Below, one piece after another: positions 62,197 to 64,000 of a DNA stretch of 64,000 nt. The stretch comes from Sulfolobales archaeon. Lineage in GTDB: Archaea; Thermoproteota; Thermoprotei_A; Sulfolobales; AG1. Position 1 is the stretch's first letter; every line of letters starts with the position of its first letter. The notes below the pieces were generated by a model. The model was not told where the DNA came from and did not search any database. It saw nothing but the letters and a program-made list of their open reading frames with translations. Both the position numbers and the translations under genes were made by a program. Where the stretch lies: the NCBI GenBank assembly GCA_038867615.1, contig JAWBYA010000004.1:96001-160000 (forward strand), written 5' to 3'.

Positions 62197-62703
62197 GTGA
62201 CACAACCTGACTCTCTTGGGATAGTTATGAGAGAGATAGACATGACCCTCTGTGTTCTTATAGGTATCGAGCTCTATGTGCTACAGATTTTAATTGGTCC
62301 TGGGTTATATAGCCCAATATTATCCGTGATATCCCTAGCATTCCTAGTGATACCAATAGTAAGGCTTGAAGGTACCGCTAGAGGCGTTGCTAGCGTTCTC
62401 GAGATCCTGTTGGGTCTAGAGATCATAGCCCTAGGCTTCCTAATCCCAGGTGCTTCCATTTACAGCATCCCCTTGGGTATAGGGATAATAACCATCATGG
62501 GGATCCTATTAATCGCACTCTCAAAGGAAGGAATGCCTAGATGGATCTCATTAGCAACAATACCCATGATATACGTGCTAATGATAGTAGTAGCTAGAGA
62601 ACCTGTTGAGAGAGCCATTATTGTAGGCATGCTTGGAGCATTCCTAGCAGGAGGTTTTATAAGCCTTACACTCACCAGAGAACCGGAAGAGATAGAGGTC
62701 TAG
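62197..62703 (+). CDS. Hypothetical integral membrane protein
   Basis: 168 aa, ~6 hydrophobic segments, divergent from the Rieske gene. Confidence 0.7.
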   Translation: MTQPDSLGIVMREIDMTLCVLIGIELYVLQILIGPGLYSPILSVISLAFLVIPIVRLEGTARGVASVLEILLGLEIIALGFLIPGASIYSIPLGIGIITIMGILLIALSKEGMPRWISLATIPMIYVLMIVVAREPVERAIIVGMLGAFLAGGFISLTLTREPEEIEV

Positions 62704-63093
62704 GAACATATATCGCCTAATTATATTGCTAAAGCGGTGAAAACAACCCAACCAACAGGCTTATTATCCACATACCCTTAATTGATCTCTAAACACGTAC
62801 CGCGTCTCCCCATATTAGGGGGTTACATCTATGTGTGTTTCTCTTTATCTATCTACGTTAGCGTGGTTTAGGATCACAGAACGAGACTCCCAGCATATAT
62901 TCTAAAAAAGCCTTAGATGGAAGATCGTTCTTCAGAAGTTTAGAGCATTAATTACATTCCTAAGAACTTCTTCTATGGAGACTCGATCATAAGCCTTTAT
63001 TATACAAAAAGGAAAACAACCCCACATAGAGACAGATAACAACCATTCTAATCCCTATATCTTTCTTCAGGATATTCTTCATAGGTGGTGTAG

Positions 63094-64000
63094 ATGGGCA
63101 TGGTCCTGGATAGGCTGAAGCCGCTATCAGCTGGGCAGGAGGCTATGCTCTCGGCACTCAGGGATCCCGAGGCTGAGATTGTAGGTATATTTGGTCCCAG
63201 CGGCTCTGGTAAGAGTCTCTTTTCAATAGCATATGGTATTGACTCGATCATCAACGGTAGGTTTAAGAGATTCCTTATTGTGAAGCCTCTAGTCAATGTG
63301 GTGAGCGGTGTTGGCATAGGCGTTGAGATTGGCAGGGAGGTGTTTGAGGGGCTTGTGTTGGATTATTTAAGGGATCTCGCATCAACCCTACAGATTGAGG
63401 GGGATTTAGAGGATCTGTTTAGGAGGAGATCTATACAGATCGTGGATCTCCACTACCTCAAGGGAAGAACCTTTGATGATTCGCTAGTATTTATAGACGA
63501 CATCCAAAACATGCCTGCCGAAAGCGTTATAGAGATCCTGACAAGGGTTGGTAATAGGAGTAAACTAATCGTTGCAGGCGACCCTGTATTCCAGAGGCTA
63601 AAGAGGGTTGAGAGAGACTCTTCAGCAATTATAAGGGAGATCCTGCTTGGCGAGGAGAAGGCGAGGGTAGTGGATCTAGGGCTAGCCGATGTGGTGAGAC
63701 CAGGGGCTAGGAGGGGGCTGAAGCTGTTTATGGAACTGATACTGAGGAGCAGGAGTATGAGTGATGAAGAAAAGAGGGTGGCAAGCATAATACCCCACCA
63801 CGCACCGGATGCAGATATAGTGACAGTTTTTGACATAACTAAGGCTAAGGAAACCTATGGTGCTAAAGGCGAAGGTGTACCTGACATATTGATCTTCACA
63901 AAAACGCCTGGAAGGCTTATAGGTAAGGGTGGAGAGAGGATCCAGAAGATCGAAAAGGAGATTGGGAAGAGAGTGAGAGGCGTAGAGCTTGTCCTCGACT
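63094..64000 (+). CDS. PhoH family ATPase with C-terminal KH domain (3' end runs off the window)
   Basis: Read manually: MGMVLDRLKPLSAGQ...GPSGSGKS...YLKGRTFDDSLVFIDDIQN...AGDP...PGRLIGKGGERI. Confidence 0.9.
   Translation, partial: MGMVLDRLKPLSAGQEAMLSALRDPEAEIVGIFGPSGSGKSLFSIAYGIDSIINGRFKRFLIVKPLVNVVSGVGIGVEIGREVFEGLVLDYLRDLASTLQIEGDLEDLFRRRSIQIVDLHYLKGRTFDDSLVFIDDIQNMPAESVIEILTRVGNRSKLIVAGDPVFQRLKRVERDSSAIIREILLGEEKARVVDLGLADVVRPGARRGLKLFMELILRSRSMSDEEKRVASIIPHHAPDADIVTVFDITKAKETYGAKGEGVPDILIFTKTPGRLIGKGGERIQKIEKEIGKRVRGVELVLD

Noticed and set aside
63048-63836. Minus-strand ORFs at 63048 and 63453, and the many other nested antisense ORFs in the track
   Set aside because: Shadow frames of well-supported genes on the opposite strand (here PhoH-KH)

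Overview
Chromosomal window from a thermophilic crenarchaeon (Thermoproteota, Desulfurococcales/Sulfolobales-like). The assignment rests on PolB1, two divergent PCNAs, PriS, a tetraether synthase (Tes), archaeal TyrRS/TrpRS, a Rieske/cytochrome b pair, tRNA-Ala(CGC) and a box C/D sRNA. A catabolic block at about 15-48 kb holds a Mo-hydroxylase LMS, YlbE/DUF2877, carbamate kinase, two ABC importers, TcuAB, a CoA-transferase III, PNGase A and BtpA/PfkB; the FdrA partner plus a cyclase sit about 30 kb away at 52-55 kb. The most striking unexplained feature is a ~1.5 kb ORF-free region (49.65-51.1 kb). It carries two arrays of GATC spaced about one helical turn apart, set roughly symmetrically around an 11-7-11 inverted repeat, followed by an AT-rich stretch and a strand-skew switch; the whole window is also GATC-enriched. 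Other highlights: a dispersed family of ~280-bp non-autonomous elements with imperfect TIRs (possibly TnpB/omega-RNA derived), a likely ATA start codon, a G7 frameshift in pfkB and a secY outside the ribosomal operon. All counts and alignments were made by eye and all family assignments are from motif recognition; no database searches were run.
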